Source: a candidate division FCPU426 bacterium
GTDB taxonomy: Bacteria > Oederibacteriota > Muellerivitia > Muellerivitales > Muellerivitaceae
Length of the DNA stretch: 64,000 nucleotides
Direction of reading: 5' to 3'
Assembly: GCA_963738405.1 (NCBI GenBank)
Contig: CAVTWJ010000002.1
Coordinates: 32,001-96,000 of the forward strand
Shown piece after piece: positions 48,512-58,778 of this stretch. The translations under genes were made by a program, and so were the position numbers. The notes under the pieces are model-generated. The model was not told the DNA's origin and searched no databases. It saw only the letters and a list, made by a program, of their open reading frames with translations. Each line of letters opens with the position of its first letter. The stretch's first letter is position 1.

Positions 48512-51061
48512 TTAAACGTAGCCTACCCGATTTGACTTTTTTTTGCCACCCGAATCTTTTTCACCGCCCCCGGATTCAGGTTCCGGCTTGGGCTGCGCGG
48601 GGGGATTAGCGGGGGGCGGGGGCGTCGACTTGGGTTCCACTTGCGCCACAGAAGCCCCAGGGGCCAATAGACGCTCGACCTCGGACAACTTTTTCCGGGC
48701 TTCTATATTGTCCGGTTCGTTTTGTAGGATTCTCCGATAGATCTTGGCCGCTTCCTCATTGAGGCCCTGGCGAGTATAGATATCCGCGACGGCGATCGTC
48801 ATAAAATCGTCTTTTCCCTCTTCGAGAACGCTGTCTCCCTTTGAGGTGGGTTCCAGCTTCAGACTCTTCAAATCCGGCGCCGGGTCCTTTCGAACCTGGG
48901 CCTTGGCCGCCTCTTCCTTCGCCGCCCGATCAGCATCCTCGCGGGATTTGCGCTCCGCCTCCTCCCGAATCCTTCGGTCCAATTCGTCCTTGGCCTTCAT
49001 CTCGGACGCCTCGCGGGCTTTACGCTCAACTTCTTCCCGTGCCTTTTTCTCAACCTCCTCGCGGAATTTCTGTTCCGCTTCCTCCCGGAGTTTCTTTTCC
49101 ATCTCGGTCTTAACCCTTTTTTCCATCTCTTCCCTGGCAATCCGGTCCGCTTCCTCGCGGGCACGCCTCTCGATTTCTTGCTGCGCCTTGCTTTCGGCCT
49201 CTTCACGGGCCTTCCGTTCCATTTCCACCCTGGCCTTGATCTCAGCCTCCTGGCGCGCCTTATGTTCCAATTCGGCCCTAACCCGTTTGGCTTCCTCCAG
49301 GGCCTTTTTCTCCATTTCGGCCCGGAGACTTTTCTCCTCATCCTCCTTGGCCTGACGCTCAGCCTCCAATGCGCCGATCACATCCTCCCCAGTTTTAACA
49401 TAGGCCTGATAGGCTTGGTTCAGTCGTTCCTTGATTTCAGCCTTATCCGGGTAGGTTTCCGCCAGCCTCTGGCAAATCTCGATAGCCTCTTCCAGCATCC
49501 CTTGCCGGATGAAATTGTCCGCAATGGATAATTCCGCCTTCCATTCATCAAGGGCTGGCTGATCTAATTCCATGACATTGCCCTTCCCCGTAGACGCCTG
49601 TACCGTTTGGGGAGCGGGAGCTGATTCAACGCGGGGGGCGGAGAGGATCGGCGTTTCGGTTAAATTGTCCAGATCCATGACTGAGGTTTGAGATTTCGGA
49701 GCGGGAGCGGCCGGAACGGGCGCGGCTGTGGGAGCCGGAGGAGCCGAGGAAGCTGTGGAAACCACCTGCCCCACGATTTTCGATTGAGCCCCCGAATGGT
49801 CCGGGTTGCATTCCAAGGTCTTGCGGGCCCACTCGGCAGCCTCGCCCGTCTTCTCCTGTTTCTCTAAAAGCAGAACGTTCTTGTAAAACGCCTCGGCGGC
49901 ATCTTTTTTATTTCCAGCGGCCTTCAACATTTCTCCTAGTTTTCCAATGTTGGCCGTGGAATTTTCATCAAGGGAAACAAGGAACCGCGCATACTCAGAA
50001 GCCTTCACAAAATCGCCCTTGGCTTCCGACCGGTCCAAAAGACTCTTGAAGGCTTGGGCCGCATCCGCTTTGGATCCCCGCTTCATAGCCAACTCGGCTT
50101 GTACCTCAAGGGCGATGGGGTTTTCCTTTTCGACCTTAAGGGCCCGCTGGATATTTTCATTGGCTTTATCCAGCTGGCCCTGCTCCATGTAGACACGCGC
50201 CAAATGGGCCAGAGCCGCCACATGGTTCACTTTGAAACGAAGGAGATTCTCAAATTCGGTTTTTGCCTCGGAATACTGCTGTTTCTTAAAATAAATGACG
50301 CCCTGAACGTAATGGGCCTCGATGCTCTTTAATTCGATGGCGCGGGTGGCGTTTTGCTGGGCCCTTTCCAGGTCCCCGGTGTTGAGGGCCAGTTCGGCCA
50401 GAACTAGAAATTCCTTTTTCGCGTCCCCTTCCGAACCCTGCTTCATGAATATTTGGGCTAGATTGGATCTCGCGTCCAGGTTGGCGGGTTCAAGCTGGGC
50501 GACCTTCTGATAGACTTCCTGGGCTTTCTTAAAAAGCCTATTTTTGAAAAAGTTATCCCCTACCATCATGTAGGCCTTAACAGCCTCTTGCACCCTTCCT
50601 TTTCTCTCGTAAAGTTCCGCCAGTTTGGAGGTTGCCGCCAGATTATCCGTGTCGAGTTTTGCCACTTCACTCAGGGCCTCAATGGCCCCGTCCACGTCGC
50701 CGCTTTCCATCGCGGTTTCGGCCTTGATGGTTTGGCGGATCAGGCTTTGCTGTTTTTGGCCTTCAGTGGTTAGTTTGGCGGAGTCCAGCGCGGCGATCTT
50801 CTTATTGACGACTATGGATTTGTCAGCCTGACCCCGGGTGGAAAAATCGGTGGAAACCTTGATGTACTCGTCAAAGGCCTCGCGAACCGCTCCCTTTTTG
50901 ACGTAAACATCGCCCAGCATGTTGTGGGTGTTGACGTCTTCGGGATCGAGCGCGATGAGTTTTTTATACTCTTCAATCGCTTTATCCCATCGGCCCTCTT
51001 GAAAATAAATATAGGCCATTTTGACGATGTTTTTTTTGTCGCCGCCAGCCGGGACGCTCAT
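48512..51061 (-). CDS. Large cytoplasmic multi-TPR protein with coiled-coil region
   Basis: Many TPRs; Glu/Ala/Arg/Lys repeat; C-terminal TIAVADIYTRQG...YRRILQNEPDN. Confidence 0.88.
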   Translation of the reverse strand: MSVPAGGDKKNIVKMAYIYFQEGRWDKAIEEYKKLIALDPEDVNTHNMLGDVYVKKGAVREAFDEYIKVSTDFSTRGQADKSIVVNKKIAALDSAKLTTEGQKQQSLIRQTIKAETAMESGDVDGAIEALSEVAKLDTDNLAATSKLAELYERKGRVQEAVKAYMMVGDNFFKNRLFKKAQEVYQKVAQLEPANLDARSNLAQIFMKQGSEGDAKKEFLVLAELALNTGDLERAQQNATRAIELKSIEAHYVQGVIYFKKQQYSEAKTEFENLLRFKVNHVAALAHLARVYMEQGQLDKANENIQRALKVEKENPIALEVQAELAMKRGSKADAAQAFKSLLDRSEAKGDFVKASEYARFLVSLDENSTANIGKLGEMLKAAGNKKDAAEAFYKNVLLLEKQEKTGEAAEWARKTLECNPDHSGAQSKIVGQVVSTASSAPPAPTAAPVPAAPAPKSQTSVMDLDNLTETPILSAPRVESAPAPQTVQASTGKGNVMELDQPALDEWKAELSIADNFIRQGMLEEAIEICQRLAETYPDKAEIKERLNQAYQAYVKTGEDVIGALEAERQAKEDEEKSLRAEMEKKALEEAKRVRAELEHKARQEAEIKARVEMERKAREEAESKAQQEIERRAREEADRIAREEMEKRVKTEMEKKLREEAEQKFREEVEKKAREEVERKAREASEMKAKDELDRRIREEAERKSREDADRAAKEEAAKAQVRKDPAPDLKSLKLEPTSKGDSVLEEGKDDFMTIAVADIYTRQGLNEEAAKIYRRILQNEPDNIEARKKLSEVERLLAPGASVAQVEPKSTPPPPANPPAQPKPEPESGGGEKDSGGKKKSNRVGYV

Positions 51062-51400
51062 AGACCCTCGAAATCCGCGCAGAATAATTCAGGAAAAGGA
51101 AAAAAAGAGGAAAAAAAGTCGCTAATCCCCTAGGACGCCTGAAAAACACTATAACATTCGATATTTTAGATCGCAAGGAATTGCGGGAGTTTCACGAGAA
51201 ATTAGCCCGCCTCGAGTCCGGTTCTTCCTTAACACCCTGTGTTTTACCCTCAGCAAGAATCGCCAAGTCTCAGCAGGAATATCGAAAAGGTTTCGGAGGT
51301 ATCGAAGCTCCAGCCAGCGTTCAAGGTTTGAGTTTTTCCCATTCCTTTATTTTAAATTTGAAAAGGCGATAGAGTAGCCCACTCATGGTCAAGCTCCTCT

Positions 51401-52483
51401 TCATTTGGAAGCCAGTTGTTTCTTAAACCGGTCAATGAGGACGATGGGCGTAGGGTCCAGGCCCTTCAAGTAGGCCAGGTAAACGCTTGCGAAATCACCC
51501 AAAACCAGGCTGGTCATCATTTGGCAAAGGATACTCTTTCCCTGGGGCTCCACCTCCATGACCCCCGCTGTCCTGGATTTCAGAATTCCTTTAAGAATAT
51601 CGAACCTGCGTGCGATCTGATGATGGTCTCCCTTCGGAAGCCGCAACAACACCGCCGCCATGCCCCTGGTCAGCGGCTCGGGAAAGGAATAGCCCAAAAC
51701 CTCATTGTGGTTCATCTCGGGAACAACACCTTGTAGGCAAATTTGCTTGGCGTTCTCGTTGAATTGGCACTTCCAGCGGAGGCCTACCGGCTCCAAATGG
51801 TCCTGCCCGGCATAAACCACCGGAAGCTTCTTGTGAAGAAAGCGGGCCAGTTGTTTGGCGGGGTTTTGGGAAACCGGCTCATGAGGTCCATATCCAGCTG
51901 AGAGCCGGTTCATCCAATCAATGGTTTCGGCGAAGGCTTTATCCTGGGATTCCAAAAGCCCTATGGATTCCAAGGCGGTCATGAGGGTTACGAAGGAATA
52001 GCCCAGGGCTGACCGGGGCGGCATCCCCGAAGGCGGGGCCAAGTTTGGAAACTTGTGTTTGCGGGCCCTTCTTAAAAGCTCACCCCCGGTGGAAATAACC
52101 AAAAGAGGCAGTTTGCGCCGCAAAGCCTGATCAAAAACCGAGAGGGTTTCCTCCGTATTGCCCGAGTAGCTGGAACAAACCACCAGGGTGTTTTTGCCCG
52201 CCCATCCTGGCAGGTCGTAATGCCGATTAACGCTCACAGAGAAACGAGTGGATTTCCAGGTCAGGCCCTTCAAAAGGTCGCCGCCGATGGCCGACCCCCC
52301 CAACCCAGCGACCAGCACTTGACGGATACCGCCGGTTCTCACGCGAAGAGCAGGCGAAGCCTGGACCCTTCGGCGCGCGTCTAGAAACTGCCCCGGCAGG
52401 TTCAGCACCTTTCCCAGCATGTCGGAAGGATCCAACTTTTTCATTTTTTCAGGCTGATCCAATAGAAAAGGGGACAAGGGCAA
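51401..52483 (-). CDS. Bifunctional phosphoglucose/phosphomannose isomerase (SIS domain)
   Basis: GLGGSAIGG, SYSGNTEETL, RWKCQFNENAK, PEMNHNE. Confidence 0.92.
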   Translation of the reverse strand: MPLSPFLLDQPEKMKKLDPSDMLGKVLNLPGQFLDARRRVQASPALRVRTGGIRQVLVAGLGGSAIGGDLLKGLTWKSTRFSVSVNRHYDLPGWAGKNTLVVCSSYSGNTEETLSVFDQALRRKLPLLVISTGGELLRRARKHKFPNLAPPSGMPPRSALGYSFVTLMTALESIGLLESQDKAFAETIDWMNRLSAGYGPHEPVSQNPAKQLARFLHKKLPVVYAGQDHLEPVGLRWKCQFNENAKQICLQGVVPEMNHNEVLGYSFPEPLTRGMAAVLLRLPKGDHHQIARRFDILKGILKSRTAGVMEVEPQGKSILCQMMTSLVLGDFASVYLAYLKGLDPTPIVLIDRFKKQLASK

Positions 52484-52562
52484 ACCTCCGAAGGGTTATC
52501 ACCAAGGTGTCAATTATTCACTTTCAAAGGGGCAAAATCAAAAAAGAAAAGGTAATAAAAGG

Positions 52563-54107
52563 CTAGCGGGCTGAGGATCCTTGAACCAGTTTCCCCGCCT
52601 GCCGAAAGGGTTCTTTCAACGCGGGGTAAAGCTTCCGAAACAACCCATAAAATTCCTGGTAGCGGTTTACAGAAGCCTTTCGGGGAGAGGTTCGGCTGGT
52701 CACCCGCACTAGGCTTGAACAGGCTATTTTCAGGTTGGGGTAAATCCCAACCCCTACCATTGCCAGCAGGGCCGCCCCATAGCCCGGGCCTTCCTTGCTG
52801 TTGACCGTCACCACTTCAGTTCCGTAGATATCCGCCTGAAGCTGACGCCAGAAGGGGTTCACAGCCCCGCCCCCGGTCGCCACAACCCGGCGGATGGGAA
52901 TTTTCAATTCCCGGAAAATTTCAAGCGAGTCCCTCATACCGAAGGTGATTCCCTCAAAGACCGAGCGGGTAAAATGATCCCGGCCATGGCGGGCACCGGC
53001 CCCCACAAAGGCAGCGCGTGCCATAGGGTCTTTATGAGGGGTTCGTTCACCCATTAAATAGGGCAGAAACAATAACCCTTCGCTTCCTTCGGGGGCCTTA
53101 GCGGCCTCCCGGCCCAAAAGATCGTAAGGGTCCATCCCCTTCTTCTTGGCGGCTTCCTTTTCCCATAGTCCCAGGCTATCCCGATACCAGCGCAGGGCAA
53201 AACCCGCCGAAAGCATGACCCCCATGAGGTACCACTTTTCGGGGACGCTGCCGCAAAAGGTATGGGCACGCATTTGGGGGTCCACCTGCACCTTTTCAGA
53301 GTGGGCCAAAACCACTCCGGATGTTCCCAGGCTGGCCATCACGTCGCCGGGCTGGATGATGCCGTTCCCCACCGCCCCGCAGGCGTTATCCGCCCCGCCC
53401 CCCACCACCGGAAGCCCGGCTGGCAGGTTAAGGGCCTTGGCCACGGCGCCGGTCAGGTTTCCGGATATATCCTGAGATTCGGTCACAGGCGGAAACCAGT
53501 TCAGGGGTACCCCTAATCGAGCCAATAGCGCCTTGGACCATTTTCGGTTTTTGACATCGAAACAAAGGGTCCCAGCCGCGTCGGAAACATCGGTCGCCAG
53601 TTCCCCGGTCCATTTGTATCGGATGTAGTCTTTGGGCAGGAGAACATGGGCGATGCGGGCGTAAATTTTAGGTTCGTGTTTTTTCACCCAAAGAATTTTG
53701 GGCAGGGTGAACCCTTCCAGAGCGGGGTTGGAAACCCATTTTTCAAGGTTGGCGATTCCTGCCTTGCGGGTGATTTCCTCACATTCGGCGTGAGTTCGGG
53801 TATCGCACCAAAGGAGGGCGGGCCGGAGAACCTTGCGGTCACGGTCCAAAAAAACAGAGGAATGCATTTGGCCTGAGAGCCCGATGGCCCGGATGTTTCG
53901 GACCGATAAATCCGACTTACGCACAGCGTCCGCCACGGCCTGGTTAGCGGCCTTAAGCCAGGTATCGGGGTGCTGTTCGGCCCAGCCCGGTTGAGGTGTC
54001 AGGAGGGGGTACTCCACCGTGACAGAAGAAAGAACGGTACCCTTTTCCGAGACCACAATGGCCTTGGTACCCGAGGTCCCGATGTCGCAGCCGATGACGG
54101 CCCTCAT
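52563..54107 (-). CDS. xylB: Xylulokinase
   Basis: DIGTSGTK, GLSGQMHS, GGGADNACGA, PYLMGERTPH; follows xylA. Confidence 0.93.
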   Translation of the reverse strand: MRAVIGCDIGTSGTKAIVVSEKGTVLSSVTVEYPLLTPQPGWAEQHPDTWLKAANQAVADAVRKSDLSVRNIRAIGLSGQMHSSVFLDRDRKVLRPALLWCDTRTHAECEEITRKAGIANLEKWVSNPALEGFTLPKILWVKKHEPKIYARIAHVLLPKDYIRYKWTGELATDVSDAAGTLCFDVKNRKWSKALLARLGVPLNWFPPVTESQDISGNLTGAVAKALNLPAGLPVVGGGADNACGAVGNGIIQPGDVMASLGTSGVVLAHSEKVQVDPQMRAHTFCGSVPEKWYLMGVMLSAGFALRWYRDSLGLWEKEAAKKKGMDPYDLLGREAAKAPEGSEGLLFLPYLMGERTPHKDPMARAAFVGAGARHGRDHFTRSVFEGITFGMRDSLEIFRELKIPIRRVVATGGGAVNPFWRQLQADIYGTEVVTVNSKEGPGYGAALLAMVGVGIYPNLKIACSSLVRVTSRTSPRKASVNRYQEFYGLFRKLYPALKEPFRQAGKLVQGSSAR

Positions 54108-54141
54108 GAAGCCTCCTTAAGAAAATCAGCTTTTCAATGTT

Positions 54142-54283
54142 GTCATCGCGAGGAGCCGCCCCAATCGGGGCGATTGGCGACGTGGCGATCTCAGTACGCC
54201 GTTCGCGTTGGTTTAGGCTTATTTAAACTGGGATTGCCTCGTCATAACCGCTCGCCTATCCGGCGAGCATTCCTCGCAATGAC
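54142..54283. repeat. Palindromic intergenic element (GTCATTGCGAG-type, REP/RPE-like)
   Basis: Ends GTCATCGCGAGG / CCTCGCAATGAC; internal GGCGATCT/GGATTGCC arms. Confidence 0.75.
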
Positions 54284-54307
54284 CGCAAAACAAACAGATA
54301 AAAAGGG

Positions 54308-55474
54308 CTAGTCCATACCCATCAGAATTTCCTGGAGGCGTTGATCCAGTTCCTCGTAGGGCAGGCGCTTTTTGGAAAGCAAATCGGGATTGAACTTTCC
54401 ATTCTTTAACTGATTCGCCCCCTCAGGCGTGAACCGTCTCATCACGTTTTCCCATTGGGGGTCCTTGCCGTGCAGGGCCTTGAGGATTTGCTGGATTTTC
54501 TTGTCGGCGTTGAACCGCCGTACCTTTTCCCAAAGCATCAGGTAGGTGCGCATGCTTCCATCCACGAAATCCCAAACGCCCTTCTCGTCCTCGCTACGGT
54601 AGGGATGCTCGTCGAAATTGCGTGTGCCTGCCCAGCCGTTGTCTTCCAGAAGTTTCACCACAAAGAAGGTTTCCTTTAAATCTTCAGAACCGAAACGCAG
54701 GTCCTGGTCGAAACGGCCCGGTTTCTGGGCCCCCAGGTCCACGTGGTAAAGCTTGCCTGCCTCCATCGCCTGAGCAAAGTCGTGGTAGGTGTTCAGGTTG
54801 GCCATGCGGGAATGCTCGATCTCGGGGTTTACCCCCACCCGATCCGGGTCGTCCAAAGTTTCAATAAAGGCCAGCACATGCCCTGCGGTGGCCAGGTAAA
54901 TGTCGCCACGCGGTTCGTTCGGCTTGGGTTCGATGGCGAACTTGAAGGAATATCCGTTATGCCTCGCGTAAGCGCAAAGGAAGTTCATGCACTCCCGGTA
55001 CCGCTTCAGGGCTTCCTCGGGGGTCTTGGCGGCGTCCACTTCGGCCCCTTCCCTGCCGCCCCAGAAGACATAAACGGTAGCGCCCAACTCGGCGCCTAGG
55101 TCCATGTTCTTCATCACCTTCTGCAGGGCAAATGCCCGAACCTTGGGGTCATGACTGGTGAAGGCCCCGTCCTTGAAAACCCGGTGAAAAAAAAGATTGG
55201 TGGTGGCCATGGCGCATTTGATGTCGTAATCGCGCATGATTTTTTTGGTGTCTTTAATGATTCGGTTTCGCAAGGTGAGGCTGGCCCCAAAGGGGATCAG
55301 GTCGTCGTCGTGATAATTGAAGCCCCAGACATTGTGCTTGGCCAGTTCCTTGATGTTGGTGAGGGGATCGAGTCGGGAACGGGTTTCCTCGCCAAAAGGA
55401 TCGCGGCCACGGTTGGCGGTGGTCCAAAGTCCGAATGAGAAACGGTGTTCCTTTTTGGGTTTATAGCTAGGCAT
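54308..55474 (-). CDS. xylA: Xylose isomerase (short class I type)
   Basis: FSFGLWT..RGRDPFG, WGGREG, EPKPNEPRGD, DQDLRFG; about 388 aa. Confidence 0.93.
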   Translation of the reverse strand: MPSYKPKKEHRFSFGLWTTANRGRDPFGEETRSRLDPLTNIKELAKHNVWGFNYHDDDLIPFGASLTLRNRIIKDTKKIMRDYDIKCAMATTNLFFHRVFKDGAFTSHDPKVRAFALQKVMKNMDLGAELGATVYVFWGGREGAEVDAAKTPEEALKRYRECMNFLCAYARHNGYSFKFAIEPKPNEPRGDIYLATAGHVLAFIETLDDPDRVGVNPEIEHSRMANLNTYHDFAQAMEAGKLYHVDLGAQKPGRFDQDLRFGSEDLKETFFVVKLLEDNGWAGTRNFDEHPYRSEDEKGVWDFVDGSMRTYLMLWEKVRRFNADKKIQQILKALHGKDPQWENVMRRFTPEGANQLKNGKFNPDLLSKKRLPYEELDQRLQEILMGMD

Positions 55475-55629
55475 GACGCCTCCGATATTTTGGTTGGTTT
55501 GACGAGAATCTTTTTCTTTCGACGGACGCACATTATACATTCTCCCTTTCGTCCGAATTCATGTATAAATAAACGAACAGTCGTGTTGAGACTGAAACAA
55601 CAATTGGAATTTCCAAAAAAGATTCAGAC

Positions 55630-56805
55630 ATGAACCCAACCCTCATCCAACAATCCCGCGCTGAATACCAAACCCTCTTCGGGGAAAAGCCCGCATTAGA
55701 CGCTTGGGGCCCGGGCCGAGTGAACCTGATCGGCGAACATACCGATTACAACGATGGTTATGTCCTCCCCATGGCCTTGAACCGGGGTATTTTTTGTACC
55801 GGCAAGGGCCGAAACGACGGCAAGGTCATTCTCTATTCCGCCGACTATCAAGACCGGGTGGAATTCGACGTGGAAAACCTTAAAAAAGACCCAACCCATT
55901 CCTGGGCTGATTATTTCAAAGGCGTTTTGGCGCAATACCTGAAGGCAGGTGGAAAATTCCAGGGCTGTCAGGCGCTTCTCAAGGGGGACCTGCCCCAAAG
56001 GGCGGGTTTAAGTTCTTCCGCCGCTTTGGAAGTAGCTTCGGCGGTTTTCATTGAAAAAATCAGCGGCCAGGTTTGGGGCGATCTGGAACTGGTCAAGGCC
56101 GCCCAGGCCGCGGAAAACCAATTCGTCGGCGTCAATTGCGGAATCATGGACCCCTACGCTTCTTACTTAGGGAGGGATTCCGACGCCCTTTTGATTGATT
56201 GCCAAAACCTGTCCTACCAATGGGTGCCAATCCATAAGGACGCTAAGATCGTCGTCTGCAATACGGGCGTCAAACGGGCCCTGGCCCAATCGGCTTACAA
56301 CCAAAGGCGACAGGAATGCGAGGAAGCGGTCCGGCTCCTCAAGCCCGCCCTGCCCCATGTCCACACCTTGCGGGACCTTTCCGTGGCGGACTTTGAGCGC
56401 CACCAAGAACTTCTGCCCGAAACCATCCTCAAACGCTGCCGCCACGTGGTTTCTGAAAACCAACGGGTCTTGGATATGGTTCGGGCCCTGGAGCAGGACG
56501 ACCTTATCACCGCTGGAACCTTAATGGCCCAATCCCACGAATCCCTTTGCGATGACTACGAGGTCAGTTGTAAGGAACTAGATTTACTGGCGAACCTGGC
56601 ACAAAAGAACGAGGCGGTTTACGGCGCCCGTATGACAGGGGCGGGTTTCGGCGGCTGTACTGTCAACCTAGTCCGGGAAGACGGGGTGGAAAGCTTCCGG
56701 CGGGAAGCCGCTGTGGAATATAAGGCGAAAACCGGCATTGACCTTGAAAGTTATGTCTTTACTGCCTCAGCCGGCGCCAAGTTTTATTCGGAACAAAAAT
56801 CATGA
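55630..56805 (+). CDS. galK: Galactokinase
   Basis: PGRVNLIGEHTDYNDG, GLSSSAA, CGIMD, GARMTGAGFGG. Confidence 0.93.
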   Translation: MNPTLIQQSRAEYQTLFGEKPALDAWGPGRVNLIGEHTDYNDGYVLPMALNRGIFCTGKGRNDGKVILYSADYQDRVEFDVENLKKDPTHSWADYFKGVLAQYLKAGGKFQGCQALLKGDLPQRAGLSSSAALEVASAVFIEKISGQVWGDLELVKAAQAAENQFVGVNCGIMDPYASYLGRDSDALLIDCQNLSYQWVPIHKDAKIVVCNTGVKRALAQSAYNQRRQECEEAVRLLKPALPHVHTLRDLSVADFERHQELLPETILKRCRHVVSENQRVLDMVRALEQDDLITAGTLMAQSHESLCDDYEVSCKELDLLANLAQKNEAVYGARMTGAGFGGCTVNLVREDGVESFRREAAVEYKAKTGIDLESYVFTASAGAKFYSEQKS

Positions 56806-57710
56806 AACCAGCCCTTGTGATTATGGCCGCTGGAATGGGAAGCCGGTTTGGAGGCCTCAAACAATTGGAAGGCGTGGACCCCGGAGGGTCTACCCTGCTG
56901 GATTACTCCATCTTCGATGCCCTGCGCGCCGGGTTTGGCAAGGTGGTTTTCATCGTGCGCCGGGAGATGGAAGCAGATTTTAAGGAACGTATCGGGAATA
57001 AGTGGGAACCCAAAGTCCTAGTCAGTTATGCCTTTCAAGAGCTATCGGACATCCCATCAGGCTTTCAGGTCCCACCAAACCGGCAAAAGCCCTGGGGCAC
57101 GGGCCATGCCATCTATTCGGCTCGAAATGCGGTAAAAGAGCCCTTCGCGGTCCTCAACGCCGACGATTATTACGGCCAACACACTTTCCAAGTCATGGCT
57201 GAATACCTGAAAACCATTCCCTCCCCCGAAAGTACTGCCTTCGCCATGGTGGCCTTTTGCCTGCGTCACACCCTATCCGAACACGGCCACGTATCCCGTG
57301 CCCTTTGCGAGGCGGACCCAGCCAGGAAGCTTCAAAAGGTCGTGGAACGGCTCAAGGTTTTCAAAAAAGGCGAAGGTGCCGAATACGAGGATGAAACGGG
57401 AGGCCGCCACCCCTTAAGCGGAAATGAACTGGTTTCCATGAATATCTGGGGCCTGACACCTTCGGTATTCCCGCAATTAGGCGGATTGTTTGAGGAGTTT
57501 TTGAAAGAAAAAGGCCAAGAAGAAAAGTCGGAGTTTCTGATACCTAAAGCCATCGATCAATTAATTACAAGAAAGCGGGCCGAAGTAAAAATTCTGCCCA
57601 CACCCGATTCATGGTTTGGGCTCACCTACCCCGAAGACCATGAGCAGGCTAAAGTTTCAATTAGTCAATTGGTTTCAAAAGGGGTCTATCCAGAAAATCT
57701 TTGGCGTTAA
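56802..57710 (+). CDS. Sugar-phosphate nucleotidyltransferase
   Basis: MAAGMGSRFGGLKQ, KPWGTGHA, NADDYYG, WFGLTY; ATGA overlap with galK. Confidence 0.88.
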   Translation: MKPALVIMAAGMGSRFGGLKQLEGVDPGGSTLLDYSIFDALRAGFGKVVFIVRREMEADFKERIGNKWEPKVLVSYAFQELSDIPSGFQVPPNRQKPWGTGHAIYSARNAVKEPFAVLNADDYYGQHTFQVMAEYLKTIPSPESTAFAMVAFCLRHTLSEHGHVSRALCEADPARKLQKVVERLKVFKKGEGAEYEDETGGRHPLSGNELVSMNIWGLTPSVFPQLGGLFEEFLKEKGQEEKSEFLIPKAIDQLITRKRAEVKILPTPDSWFGLTYPEDHEQAKVSISQLVSKGVYPENLWR

Positions 57711-57738
57711 ATCAAACAGGTTCACAGTATCAAGGGTT

Positions 57739-57764
57739 GTCCAATGCGGGTCCCCGTCGTGGAC
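57739..57764. repeat. 26-bp REP-like palindrome (degenerate copy)
   Basis: GTCCAATGCGGGTCCCCGTCGTGGAC. Confidence 0.75.
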
Positions 57765-57816
57765 AGGTTAAAAGTCATAAATCGCGTATGACTCCAGAAG
57801 CGATTTCACAATAATT

Positions 57817-58716
57817 TTATTTTTCTATCCTTTCAAATAAATAGAATCCACTTTCTGCGCACATTAGGATCATTTTTTGTCTCGTTTTATCTACAACGAT
57901 TTCGCGTAAATCATAGAATTTATTTCCCACCGGAACTGTTTCATATACAAAAACCGGATCACTAAAACCAAAGTCATAAGAAAACAACACTGTCCCTTTA
58001 CCGTGAGTTTTCCGGTCCCAGAATTCCGCGTCTCCCCTCTTTTCGATCTTTGGATGTGGGGAGATAGTACATTTAAAATTTCTACCAAACGAATTCAGTG
58101 TTATTACACTTGATCTAATAGAAGCAATTTTCCCGAGATTCGCCTTCGCTTCATCTTCCCCAATTGCGCCAATAAAGCGGATTTGATAATCAATCATTTT
58201 CCAATCGCCCTCTAAATCGGCATAAGGTTTTTCGGGAGGTTTTAAAGGAAAATAACTTATATAAGTCGAGTTGCAATTGTTGGCACTGCAATCATTGGAT
58301 AACACACTATGAATTTTCCCCACATCGAACCATATCACGCCATTACTTATCATATAACCCATATCACCCAAACAGATTTCATCTCTTTTTTGATTCAGGA
58401 TTTTTTTATTTACATCATCTGTAAAAATAACATCAATAAATTTTAATAACTGCTGTGGGTTGTTTGCCTTTTGTTCGAACTCATGGTTCACGAGACAGAC
58501 GGGATATTCAAACTGTAAAGAAAGCCATTTGTATTCTTTATTTTCGATAGCTTTTTTTATCCGGTCGAAATATGCCCTAGTAGCAATATCTTCTGTTGTT
58601 AGTCCTGTTTGCTTTTCTTTTATTTCATCGGATTTAGCTATAAGTTCATTACTTAAACAGTGACGGGGGCAGAAAAGAAAGACAGCAAATAAGACTAATG
58701 TGAAATAAATTTTCAT
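57817..58716 (-). CDS. AT-rich secreted hypothetical protein
   Basis: Signal peptide; about 300 aa; visibly lower GC than flanking genes. Confidence 0.7.
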   Translation of the reverse strand: MKIYFTLVLFAVFLFCPRHCLSNELIAKSDEIKEKQTGLTTEDIATRAYFDRIKKAIENKEYKWLSLQFEYPVCLVNHEFEQKANNPQQLLKFIDVIFTDDVNKKILNQKRDEICLGDMGYMISNGVIWFDVGKIHSVLSNDCSANNCNSTYISYFPLKPPEKPYADLEGDWKMIDYQIRFIGAIGEDEAKANLGKIASIRSSVITLNSFGRNFKCTISPHPKIEKRGDAEFWDRKTHGKGTVLFSYDFGFSDPVFVYETVPVGNKFYDLREIVVDKTRQKMILMCAESGFYLFERIEK

Positions 58717-58778
58717 AACGTTTCCTTCATCACGCATTCTATCTTTGGTAGTCCGCGTGCGGGCCCAAACTCATTGTT

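Noticed and set aside
48846..49355. Ser/Arg-rich antisense ORF and apparent DNA repeats
   Set aside because: Shadow of the E/A/R/K coiled-coil segment of the TPR protein
51181..51390. Small ORFs in the gap between the TPR and PGI/PMI genes (21-aa minus-strand ORF after GAGGAG; 63-aa plus-strand ORF)
   Set aside because: Too short and featureless to support without conservation data
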